DNA of 64,000 nucleotides from an uncultured Myxococcales bacterium (GTDB lineage Bacteria; Myxococcota; UBA727; JABDBI01): NCBI GenBank assembly GCA_964493205.1, contig CAZBMJ010000001.1, positions 73,611 to 137,610 of the forward strand, read 5' to 3'. Shown piece by piece: positions 45,365 to 54,328 of this stretch (position 1 is its first letter; each line of letters starts with the position of its first letter). The notes under the pieces were generated by a model. It saw only the letters and a program-made list of their open reading frames with translations, ran no database searches and was not told where the DNA came from. The position numbers and the translations under genes were made by a program.

Positions 45365-48133
45365 ATGCTAATTCTCGAAGTCATGAATAATAATAACTTA
45401 AATGATGATGCAGTGTATTTAGTAGATGGCTCTGGATATATTTTTAGGGCATTTTTTGCTATAAAATATTTACGCTCAAAAAGTGGTATGCCTACTAATG
45501 CTATTTTTGGCTTTACAAAAATGCTTTTAAAACTTTTAAAAGAGCATAAACCCAAATATGTAGCTATAGCTTTTGACTTAAAAGCCCCAACATTTCGTCA
45601 TGAAATATATCCTGCTTATAAGGTCAATAGACCACCTGCTCCAGAAGAGTTAATTGTACAGTTTGAATGGATTCATAAAATAGTACAAGCTTGCGCAATT
45701 AAAAGCTTAATGTTTTCAGGGTTAGAGGCAGACGATATTATTGCAACTCTTGCTAAAAAAGCGAAAAGTTTAGGCCGCAAAGTAATAGTGGTTACTGGCG
45801 ATAAAGATTTAATGCAATTAGTTGATGAAAACACTTTTTTACTTGACGAGCTAAGAGCAATAAAAAATGGTCATGAAGATTTAATAGATGCTAATAAAGT
45901 TAAAGAAACCCTTGGAGTATGGCCTAATGAAGTTATAGACTTACTAGCACTTGCTGGCGATACTTCTGATAATATACCCGGTGTTAAAGGTGTTGGGAAA
46001 AAAACTGCACAAGAGCTTATTAACCAGTTTGGGAGTTTAGAAAATATATTTGATAATCTAGATATGATTACTCAAAAATCTCGACAAGAAAAATTAAAAG
46101 AAGGAAAAGAAATGGCTTTTCTTTCTAAAAATTTAGTTAGCCTAAAGAGCGATGCTCACATAGATTATTCTTTGCAAGATTTAGCATTTAACGGCGTTGA
46201 TACACAAGCGCTTAAAGCACTATTTACTGAACTTGACTTTACCAGCTTAAAAATAGAAATAGAAAGTTTTAATCAAAAATCTAATTTTTTATTCAAGCCT
46301 GTTCAACAAGATTTGTTTGCATCTTTTGCTGAGGAAAAAATTGCTCTCATTGATTTTGATAAATATGCTCCTATTACTAATATAAAAGACTTTAATGGGC
46401 TTGTTAATAAATTAAAAAAAGCCACAAAAATTGCTCTTGATACAGAAACAGATGGCCTTGATTCTATGACATGTAATTTGGTAGGTATTTCTTTGGGAAT
46501 TACCCCCAATGAGGCTTTTTATATTCCCATTGCTCATAAAAGTGGTTTTGAACAGCTGCCCATTTCTATAATTAGGGAAGAGCTAAATAAAATATTTTCT
46601 TTGCCTATAAAATTTGTAGCCCAAAATGCTAAGTTTGATTTAAAAATTTTAATAAGACATGGGTTTAAGGCTTTTAATGTTGGCGGTGATTCTATGCTTG
46701 CGAATTATTTATTGCAACAAGATCAAGCTCGTCATAACCTAGATGATTTAAGTGAAAAATTTTTATCTTATACACCTATTAAATTTGTTGATATAGTTCC
46801 TAAAGATAAAGATTTTAGTGATCTAGATTTAGAAACCGCTACAAAATATTCAGCAGAAGATGCTGATTTAGCTCTAAGATTAGAAGACTTATTATCAAAA
46901 AATTTACAAGAAGAAAAATTAAATAACTTATATACTACTATTGAATTACCTTTGTGTAGTGTTTTGGCTAAAATGGAACTTAACGGTGTTAAAATCGATG
47001 TAACTGCTCTTAAAATTGTAGAAAAAGACTTAAAAGAACGTTTAATTATTTTGACCAATAAGGCTTATGAGCTTGCCAATAAAACTTTTAATTTAGCAAG
47101 CCCTAAGCAAGTAGCAGAAATATTATTTGACGAGCTCAAGCTTAATACGGCTAAAAAAACTAAAACTGGTTTTTCTACTGATGCAAACGTTTTAGAAAAA
47201 CTTAAAGACAAGCACCCTTTACCAGCAGTATTATTAGAGCATAGAATGTGTGCAAAACTTATTAGTACCTATGTAGAAACTTTGCCAACTCTTGTTAATG
47301 CTCAAACTTTAAGAGTTCATACAAACTATAATCAATTTGTTACTGCCACGGGGAGGCTGTCTTCGAGTGATCCTAACTTGCAAAACATACCTATAAGAAC
47401 TTCTGAAGGACGAAAGATTAGGCAAGCTTTTATAGCTGAAAAAGATTGCGTATTAATTTCCCTAGATTACTCACAAATGGAGCTAAGATTATTGGCTTTT
47501 GTGACGAAAGACCCATATTTAAATGATGCTTTTGCGCGTGATCAAGATGTTCATACACGAGTTGCAGCAGAAATTTTTGCCATAGATTTAAATAGCGTTA
47601 CCAAAGAACAGCGTAGCATTGCCAAGACTATTAATTTTGGTTTACTCTATGGCATGGGTTCATCAAAGCTCGCTCAAACTCTTAAAATATCCACTAAACT
47701 TGCTAAAGAATATTTGGAAAAATATTTTTCTAAATACCAAAATATTTTGACGTGGAAAAATGAGACTTTATCTAGGGCAAAAGAAACTCTAGAAGTAAGG
47801 ACGTTGTTTGGTCGTAAAAGAGAACTCAAAGATTTGCTTTCAAATAATCCTATGCAAAGAGCTAGAGCAGAGCGTTTGGCTATAAATACTCCCATACAAG
47901 GCAGTGCTGCTGATATTATTAAAAAAGCCATGATAGACACGGATAATTTATTAACTAAGAGCTATCCAGATGCTAAATTCATAATGCAAGTACACGATGA
48001 GCTTGTTATTGAAGCAAGCAAAATGCAAGCACAAGAAATTGCTAATAAAGTGGCTGATATAATGAGTAAAGGCCACGGCTTGGATGTATATTTAAAAGTT
48101 GATTATACTATTAGTGATAATTGGAATAGTTAA
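45365..48133 (+). CDS. polA: DNA polymerase I (5'-3' exonuclease, degenerate 3'-5' exonuclease region, polymerase domain)
   Basis: LVDGSGYIFRAFFA N-terminus. Polymerase motifs DYSQMELR (motif A), RSIAKTINFGLLYG (motif B) and VHDELV (motif C). Confidence 0.95.
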   Translation: MLILEVMNNNNLNDDAVYLVDGSGYIFRAFFAIKYLRSKSGMPTNAIFGFTKMLLKLLKEHKPKYVAIAFDLKAPTFRHEIYPAYKVNRPPAPEELIVQFEWIHKIVQACAIKSLMFSGLEADDIIATLAKKAKSLGRKVIVVTGDKDLMQLVDENTFLLDELRAIKNGHEDLIDANKVKETLGVWPNEVIDLLALAGDTSDNIPGVKGVGKKTAQELINQFGSLENIFDNLDMITQKSRQEKLKEGKEMAFLSKNLVSLKSDAHIDYSLQDLAFNGVDTQALKALFTELDFTSLKIEIESFNQKSNFLFKPVQQDLFASFAEEKIALIDFDKYAPITNIKDFNGLVNKLKKATKIALDTETDGLDSMTCNLVGISLGITPNEAFYIPIAHKSGFEQLPISIIREELNKIFSLPIKFVAQNAKFDLKILIRHGFKAFNVGGDSMLANYLLQQDQARHNLDDLSEKFLSYTPIKFVDIVPKDKDFSDLDLETATKYSAEDADLALRLEDLLSKNLQEEKLNNLYTTIELPLCSVLAKMELNGVKIDVTALKIVEKDLKERLIILTNKAYELANKTFNLASPKQVAEILFDELKLNTAKKTKTGFSTDANVLEKLKDKHPLPAVLLEHRMCAKLISTYVETLPTLVNAQTLRVHTNYNQFVTATGRLSSSDPNLQNIPIRTSEGRKIRQAFIAEKDCVLISLDYSQMELRLLAFVTKDPYLNDAFARDQDVHTRVAAEIFAIDLNSVTKEQRSIAKTINFGLLYGMGSSKLAQTLKISTKLAKEYLEKYFSKYQNILTWKNETLSRAKETLEVRTLFGRKRELKDLLSNNPMQRARAERLAINTPIQGSAADIIKKAMIDTDNLLTKSYPDAKFIMQVHDELVIEASKMQAQEIANKVADIMSKGHGLDVYLKVDYTISDNWNS

Positions 48134-48538
48134 GCATAGTAAAAATAAGTTTATAATAAAGCTGATTAAAAATATTTTTTCAACCATGGTTATATTTCTT
48201 GTTTTTTTGTTGTTTTTTTGTGTGATAACTATATTTTTTTCATCCTCAAAAAAAGTATAATTTAAATCTCCAAAAGTAATTATATCACCATTACTAAGTC
48301 TTATGGGTTCTTTTATTTCTTGATTATTTATTTTGGTAAGGCCACTTATTGGAGCAAGCTTAATACCACATAAGTCTCGGGTTAGGTGAGCATGTTCTTG
48401 TTCTATGCTTGTATGTTTTAGTTTAAACTCTGCATTTCTTTTTTGCCCTAACATAAAAATATTTTTATCGTTATCTAAATTAAATTTATAATTACTATCT
48501 AAAGATTTTAGTATGGGTATTTTATTTAAATCTAGCAT
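48092..48538 (-). CDS. FHA-domain protein with C-terminal TM helix
   Basis: NAEFKL...HAHLTRD...SGLTKINNQEIKEPIRLSNGDIITFGDLNYTF matches the FHA pattern (GR...S..H and N.T..NG). Confidence 0.55.
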   Translation of the reverse strand: MLDLNKIPILKSLDSNYKFNLDNDKNIFMLGQKRNAEFKLKHTSIEQEHAHLTRDLCGIKLAPISGLTKINNQEIKEPIRLSNGDIITFGDLNYTFFEDEKNIVITQKNNKKTRNITMVEKIFLISFIINLFLLCLTIPIITNSIINF

Positions 48539-48541
48539 TAC

Positions 48542-49654
48542 TTACTCTTTACTGTTTATTATGTCTTTACATGTGTGGCTTTTATTATTGTTTTGATTTT
48601 CACATAGTAAAAATGATTTGCAGTAATTACTGGCTTCTGTAATATTTTTTTGATCATAAAAATAAGTTGCTAACTTGTATTTCACTTCGCATAAATCAGG
48701 CTTAAGTCTTAAAGCCATTTGGCATTGAGTAAGGGCTTCTTGATTAAAACCTTTTTCAAATAAGGCATAGCAAAAAGCTTCATGAGCCAGCGGACTAGCA
48801 TTGATATCTTTTGCTAAGAAAGAAAATTGCTCATGAGTTTTGTTAGTTTTAATAAATTTTTCATAGGAGTCTATTATTTCATTTTTGCATACTGCATTTT
48901 CATTATTATTGCCTAAACAAAGAAAAAAATGCTGCCATGATAAAAAGAAATTTTTTAATTCTTTGTGAACTTGTCCTAAGCCTTCATGACAAACGTCAGT
49001 ATTGTTGTAAGTTAAGCAACTTTCAAACGCTATTTTTGAGGAATTTAAAAAAATCTCCTTTTTATCTTCAAATTCAGATTCTTGAGCTAAATATAGATTA
49101 ATTAAACCAAGTTCTCTAAAAGCAAAATCATAACTTTCTTCTATGGCGATTAGTTTATTTGCCTGATCTTGAGCTTCATAAAGATACTTAAGAGTAGCTT
49201 TTTTAGTGTTAGATTTTTCTCTTTGAAATAATCGTATATTACTTAAAATATTATTATATCTAGCATCTAGATTTCCAGGGTCAATTTTTAAAGCTTTAGT
49301 AAAGTGATTTTTAGCTTTTAAAAAGTTACCATTTTCAAAATAAAGAACACCTAAATTATTTCTTGCTTGAGCAAAATTATTATTTTGTCTTATGGCATGA
49401 TGAAAATAAGTCAGGGCTTTATTTTCATCTTTGGTCAAGAAAGCGATTAAACCTAAGGCATTTAAACATTCTGGTTGTGAATTATCATATTCTAAACAAA
49501 TTTCGCAATTAGTTTTAGCTGATAATAAATCCTGAGATTCCAAATGTTTAATGCAACTTTGTTGATGCAGTATGGCATTTTGATTGATGTGAGTTTTTTT
49601 ATTACATGAAATAAGCAGAATCAAAATAACAAAATAAAAAATTTTATTAAGCAT
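48542..49654 (-). CDS. TPR-repeat lipoprotein
   Basis: Lipobox LLISC. Multiple TPR-like units (for example ARNNLGVLYFENGNFLKAKNHFTKALKIDPGN). Confidence 0.6.
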   Translation of the reverse strand: MLNKIFYFVILILLISCNKKTHINQNAILHQQSCIKHLESQDLLSAKTNCEICLEYDNSQPECLNALGLIAFLTKDENKALTYFHHAIRQNNNFAQARNNLGVLYFENGNFLKAKNHFTKALKIDPGNLDARYNNILSNIRLFQREKSNTKKATLKYLYEAQDQANKLIAIEESYDFAFRELGLINLYLAQESEFEDKKEIFLNSSKIAFESCLTYNNTDVCHEGLGQVHKELKNFFLSWQHFFLCLGNNNENAVCKNEIIDSYEKFIKTNKTHEQFSFLAKDINASPLAHEAFCYALFEKGFNQEALTQCQMALRLKPDLCEVKYKLATYFYDQKNITEASNYCKSFLLCENQNNNKSHTCKDIINSKE

Positions 49655-49819
49655 GCCAACCCTAAAAGTTAAAGAACTCGGCTATATAACCATCGATTAA
49701 AAAATATTCTTCATCTAATAAGTTAAAAATAATTTTAAAAATAATAATTAGTTAATAATTTTTACTTGATTAAAGAGCCTTGATATATTTATTTTGTTGT
49801 ATTTTAATGCGGTAATTAT

Positions 49820-52648
49820 ATGCTTTATTTTTGTAAAATATTTTATTTTTTATTGTTCTTTGTTATTTCTTGCGATAACAGCGATAAAGATAGTAAAAAA
49901 ATACAAGATTACTCTCAAACACCAAGAATTATCGATCAAGATGTAATAAGTGAGACAGATGTCCCGTTAATCACTAATAATTGGTCTGTGAGTTCGCCAA
50001 GTGAAGGTTCCGCTAGAACAGGTAATCCTGATGACGATAATTTTCCATGTACTATTAGAGATCCAGATTCTGATAATGATGGCATTTGTGATAGCTTTGA
50101 TAAGTGCCCAGGCTTTGATGATGGCATTAATGAAGATAGAGATATTTCGCCAGCAGGGTGCGATTGTGATGATCATGACCCTTCAGTATTTCCAGGGGTC
50201 CCCTGCCTAGATCACGGTTTAGATGATAAATGTGTTTTTAGAATATGTGATGATAATCTCTCAGGTCAATGTCTAGTAAAGTTTAGGCCAGAAGGTGCTG
50301 TTTGTGAAGTAATCCTTGCTGGTGTTTGCGACGCCCCCGATGTATGTGATGGTAATGGAACATGCATAGATAAAAAAAGAGAAGGCTTTATTTGTAGAAG
50401 GCAAGCAGGAGCCTGTGATATAGCTGAAGAATGTGATGGAATAAATAATCAATGTCCTACGAATATTTTTGCTGCGCAGGGAAGTATTTGTGGATTAGAT
50501 AATTTGGGTAGTTGTAGAAATGATGGTACTTGTGATCGTGTAAATCCTTGTCCTGGAGCAACAAGTCAAATAGACGCTGATGGAGATAATTGGGTTGTTC
50601 AATGTGATTGCGATGACAATAACCCGGCTATATATCCTGGTACGTCTTGTGATAGTGATAGCTTAGAATGTACTTTTGACATATGTTCACCAGAGGCGAC
50701 AGGGCAATGTTTGCATGAAGCATTGCCAGTAAATTTTGCTTGTGGAGCGGGGCCTACTGATTCTTGCGATGCTCAAGATACATGCAATAGTTTAAATCAA
50801 TGTGTAGATAATGTTGATCCAGCAACTTTTATTTGTCGTGTTCAAGATCATCAATGCGATTTAATTGAATTTTGCGATGGAGTTAATAAAGCATGTCCAC
50901 CTAATACTCTTGCTCCAGTGGGAGCTCTTTGTGGTGACGCAGTAGCAGGTATTTGTGATAGGCCTGATTCTTGCGATCAACAAGGAAACTGTGTAAATAA
51001 TTTTGCTAATTCAAATACAGTATGTCGCGCTAAGCTAGATGAATGTGACTTGCCAGAAAATTGTACTGGTAGTTCTGCAAGCTGTCCAGCAAATCTTTTT
51101 GAGCCTGACAATACTCCTTGTGGTCCAGGTATTATTGGTGCTTGTGATTTAGCTGATTACTGTATGTCTGGGGAATGTTTCAACGATGTATTACCAAATA
51201 CTACAGAATGTAGGCCTTCTATTAATAATCAGCCAATTATGGATTACCAGTGCGATCCAGCAGAGTTTTGTGATGGTATTAGCTCTCAATGTCCAGCAAA
51301 TATAATTTCTCCAGATGGTCAGACCAATATCTCATGTGCTTCTTGTTCTCCTGGCCTTATCCTTTGTATAGATGGTGAAGCTAGCTGTTACGCTACGCCT
51401 TTATGTACAAAGCAGAATCTTGATACAGATAGTAATTTTCTTTCTCTTTTAGGTACATCTGTAGCTATAAATGGTGATACTGCTATTGCTGGAGCGCCTT
51501 TTGATAGTAATAATAATGGCCTTATTACTGGTAGTGCATCTACGTTTTTTTATAACGAACTTAGTGGATTATGGCAGTTTGAAACTACTCTTCCTGTGCC
51601 TGTAAATGATTTTAGTAAGTTTGATATTATTGCAGATGTTAGCCAAGGAATTGGAATGTCAGTAGCTCTACTTAATGGGTTTAATTTAGTAGGCGCACCT
51701 GACGTTAAAGTAGAGTCGGGAGGCTTTGGTTCAAGTAAAAGTGCTGGGGCGTTATTTAGCTATGATCAAGGGCAACTAAATACTATTTTATTTAGTCCTC
51801 ATCCTGACGATAGAGCAAACTTTGGACAATCAGTTGCAATAAATGGAAATTGGGTGGCTATAGGTGATTCTGCAAGTAGTTTTTGTGGACAAAATAAAAG
51901 TGGTGAAGTATTAATATATCAATATAACTCTACTTTTAACAGTTTAACCTATATACAAAGTTTATGCACATCTGATCATAATGCCGATGACGGGTTTGGT
52001 TATTCAATAACTATTTCTGGTGATTGGTTATTAGCATCTGCCTATAATGATGATACTGGCAGTGCAGAAGACTCTGGTTCTGGTTATTTCTTTCAGCTAA
52101 ATCCTCAAACAAACTTATGGGAAGAAAAACAAAAGGTTGGTCATACAAATCCGGATGACGATGACCAGTTTGGTTATAGTGTGGATATTGATGGTGATGT
52201 TGCAGTGATAGGTGCTCCCTACGATGACACCAATACTGGCAATGATGCAGGTAGTATTTTTATCTATAGATTTAATGGGATTTCTTGGGTACTAGACATT
52301 GGTCCTATAGAATCTCCTACTCCATTTGAAGATGGTATTTTTGGTAACGGTGTGGCGATTGAAGGGGATGTTGTGGTTGCTGGGCAGCCTATGCAACCTT
52401 ATGAAACCGTATTTAATGGAGAAAAAGGTAGGGCATTTATTTATATTTATACAAATGCTTGGAATATTTATCAAACTCTTGTTGGAGATGCTGATTTTGA
52501 CACTTTTGGAACCGATGTTGATATTAGCGAAGATTGGATAATGGTAGGCTCTCCAGCAAGTGCAGGTGCGCCGCTTGACATAGACTTAAAAAGAATAAAA
52601 TTTTATTACTTCCCTTATAACAGTGTTATAAAAAATCCTTTGCCTTAA
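49820..52648 (+). CDS. Large lipoprotein with MopE-like DCDD...PG metal-binding motifs, about six disintegrin-like Cys modules (CRxxxxxCDxxExCDGxxxxCPxN), and C-terminal FG-GAP/integrin-alpha-like repeats
   Basis: Lipobox VISC. Repeats include FICRRQAGACDIAEECDGINNQCPTN and FICRVQDHQCDLIEFCDGVNKACPPN. FG-GAP units include FGYSVDIDGDVAVIGAPYDD. Confidence 0.55.
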   Translation: MLYFCKIFYFLLFFVISCDNSDKDSKKIQDYSQTPRIIDQDVISETDVPLITNNWSVSSPSEGSARTGNPDDDNFPCTIRDPDSDNDGICDSFDKCPGFDDGINEDRDISPAGCDCDDHDPSVFPGVPCLDHGLDDKCVFRICDDNLSGQCLVKFRPEGAVCEVILAGVCDAPDVCDGNGTCIDKKREGFICRRQAGACDIAEECDGINNQCPTNIFAAQGSICGLDNLGSCRNDGTCDRVNPCPGATSQIDADGDNWVVQCDCDDNNPAIYPGTSCDSDSLECTFDICSPEATGQCLHEALPVNFACGAGPTDSCDAQDTCNSLNQCVDNVDPATFICRVQDHQCDLIEFCDGVNKACPPNTLAPVGALCGDAVAGICDRPDSCDQQGNCVNNFANSNTVCRAKLDECDLPENCTGSSASCPANLFEPDNTPCGPGIIGACDLADYCMSGECFNDVLPNTTECRPSINNQPIMDYQCDPAEFCDGISSQCPANIISPDGQTNISCASCSPGLILCIDGEASCYATPLCTKQNLDTDSNFLSLLGTSVAINGDTAIAGAPFDSNNNGLITGSASTFFYNELSGLWQFETTLPVPVNDFSKFDIIADVSQGIGMSVALLNGFNLVGAPDVKVESGGFGSSKSAGALFSYDQGQLNTILFSPHPDDRANFGQSVAINGNWVAIGDSASSFCGQNKSGEVLIYQYNSTFNSLTYIQSLCTSDHNADDGFGYSITISGDWLLASAYNDDTGSAEDSGSGYFFQLNPQTNLWEEKQKVGHTNPDDDDQFGYSVDIDGDVAVIGAPYDDTNTGNDAGSIFIYRFNGISWVLDIGPIESPTPFEDGIFGNGVAIEGDVVVAGQPMQPYETVFNGEKGRAFIYIYTNAWNIYQTLVGDADFDTFGTDVDISEDWIMVGSPASAGAPLDIDLKRIKFYYFPYNSVIKNPLP

Positions 52649-52950
52649 ATATAATTCAAACCTAGCAATAAAAGCCTCTTGTAACGAGAGGCTTTGCCAT
52701 TTAAAATAATAATATTCTTTTTTGGAATGCCAAAAAGTTCGCTTAATAGCTCAATTACTCTTTCGTTCGCAGCATTTTCCAATGCTTGAGATTTTACACT
52801 TAAAAGCAGCCCATCAGAGCATAAAGACAACTTTTCCTCTTTAGAATTAGGCTTAACTTTTAAGTGAATTATTGTACCTTTTGGATCTTTTTGTAAAAAG
52901 TCTTCTAATATATTTTTAGGAACTTCATTTTTAACCAACATACAAAACAA
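52645..52950 (-). CDS. DUF167 (YggU-family) protein
   Basis: HLKVKPNSKEEKL...ERVIELLSELFGIPKKNIIILNGKASRYK matches the YggU pattern. Confidence 0.6.
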   Translation of the reverse strand: MFCMLVKNEVPKNILEDFLQKDPKGTIIHLKVKPNSKEEKLSLCSDGLLLSVKSQALENAANERVIELLSELFGIPKKNIIILNGKASRYKRLLLLGLNYI

Positions 52951-54067
52951 GGCCTTTTAAATATGAAGATTGTGGGCAAAAAATAGAAGTAGGGTGGTCA
53001 GTGCTTTGGTAAAGTTCATGAATAATTTTCACATCTTTTTGCGCATCTTTAGCTGCGGCAAAAATTATTTTTTTAAATAAATCAGTACTAATGTGTTGTG
53101 AACACGAGAAAGTAAATAAAATACCACCCGATTCTAGTGCTTTAAGAGCACATAAATTTATATCTTTATAGCCTCTTGCGGCTTTATCTATGGAAGACAC
53201 GCTTTTGGCAAAAGCAGGGGGGTCTAATATGATTACATCAAATTGCTTTGGTGCTAACTCTCGCAAATAGTTAAAACAGTCTTTTGCAATAGCTTCGTGA
53301 ACCCCTGTATAAGGCTTATTCAAATTTATATTTTTATTGCAGTGGGCAATGGCATCTTGCGAAATATCTACCGACATCACACTTTTTGCTGAGTTTTTAA
53401 GGGCGTAAACGCTAAATCCACCTGAATAACAAAAAGCATCTAAGACATTTTTATTTTCTACATATTTTTGCAAAAGTAGGCGATTGTCACGTTGATCTAA
53501 AAAATGTCCAGTTTTTTGGCCATCACCCATGTGTGCTACAAATTTTAAATTATTTTCTATAAACTCTTTTTCTAAATTAGTCTGTTCATGCTCTACTAAA
53601 AAGTTTTTAATATTTAAATTTTGTGCCAAAAAGCTTTTTAACAAATCTAGAATATTCTTTAAGCCTTCATTGCTAAGCCTTACATACGCGCTGTCATCAA
53701 AAATATCGCAAACTAGTCCAGATAAACCATCGCCTTCGCCATGCAAAAACCTAAAAGCATTGGTTGCTTTGCTGGGTAAGCCAACAGTTTGTCTAAGATT
53801 TAAGGCTTTATTAAATTTGTCTAACCAAAAATCATCGTTAATTATTTGGTAAGGATCAAAACAAAAAATCCTGGCCATAAGGCTTGTCTCACCACAATAA
53901 TGCGCTAGCGCCAAAGGAGTATTATCACTTGCTAAAACGGTAACTTGATCACCAATGCATAAGTTAGGTGAGCCTTGTTTTACTGCCCCAGAAAAAATCC
54001 AAGGATGATAGTTAAGTATAGCTCGTTCTTTTTGAGCTTTAAGCTTAATAAATTTTTGTGCATTCAT
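52931..54067 (-). CDS. rlmI: PUA-domain class I SAM-dependent rRNA methyltransferase (RlmI/YccW-like)
   Basis: VLDAFCYSGGFSVYA and IILDPPAFAKS SAM-methyltransferase motifs with an N-terminal PUA-like domain. Confidence 0.65.
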   Translation of the reverse strand: MNAQKFIKLKAQKERAILNYHPWIFSGAVKQGSPNLCIGDQVTVLASDNTPLALAHYCGETSLMARIFCFDPYQIINDDFWLDKFNKALNLRQTVGLPSKATNAFRFLHGEGDGLSGLVCDIFDDSAYVRLSNEGLKNILDLLKSFLAQNLNIKNFLVEHEQTNLEKEFIENNLKFVAHMGDGQKTGHFLDQRDNRLLLQKYVENKNVLDAFCYSGGFSVYALKNSAKSVMSVDISQDAIAHCNKNINLNKPYTGVHEAIAKDCFNYLRELAPKQFDVIILDPPAFAKSVSSIDKAARGYKDINLCALKALESGGILFTFSCSQHISTDLFKKIIFAAAKDAQKDVKIIHELYQSTDHPTSIFCPQSSYLKGLVLYVG

Positions 54068-54328
54068 AATTAATTTTCTACCAATTTTATAATTAAATTA
54101 AAAGTATGGTTTTGATAAAAACTGTTAAATATTGGCTTAACACATTGAATTTAGGTTAAATAGTAGAAAAGTTATTAAAATCAAATAAATAATAAACTTC
54201 ATTTGACCAGTATTGATTACTTGTTATTTTATTGCCATTAATAATTATCTAAAACTATTTATAAATTTATAATATTCTTATTTAATAAGTTATTTTTTTA
54301 CTCAATAAATAAAACTTTTTTAGGAGAA

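Noticed and set aside
53529-53852. 107-aa + strand ORF within rlmI, plus similar antisense ORFs in polA (46303..47940), miaB (58560..58787), tig (59212..59487) and prkA (62450..63204)
   Set aside because: All lie antisense to, or out of frame within, strongly supported conserved genes.
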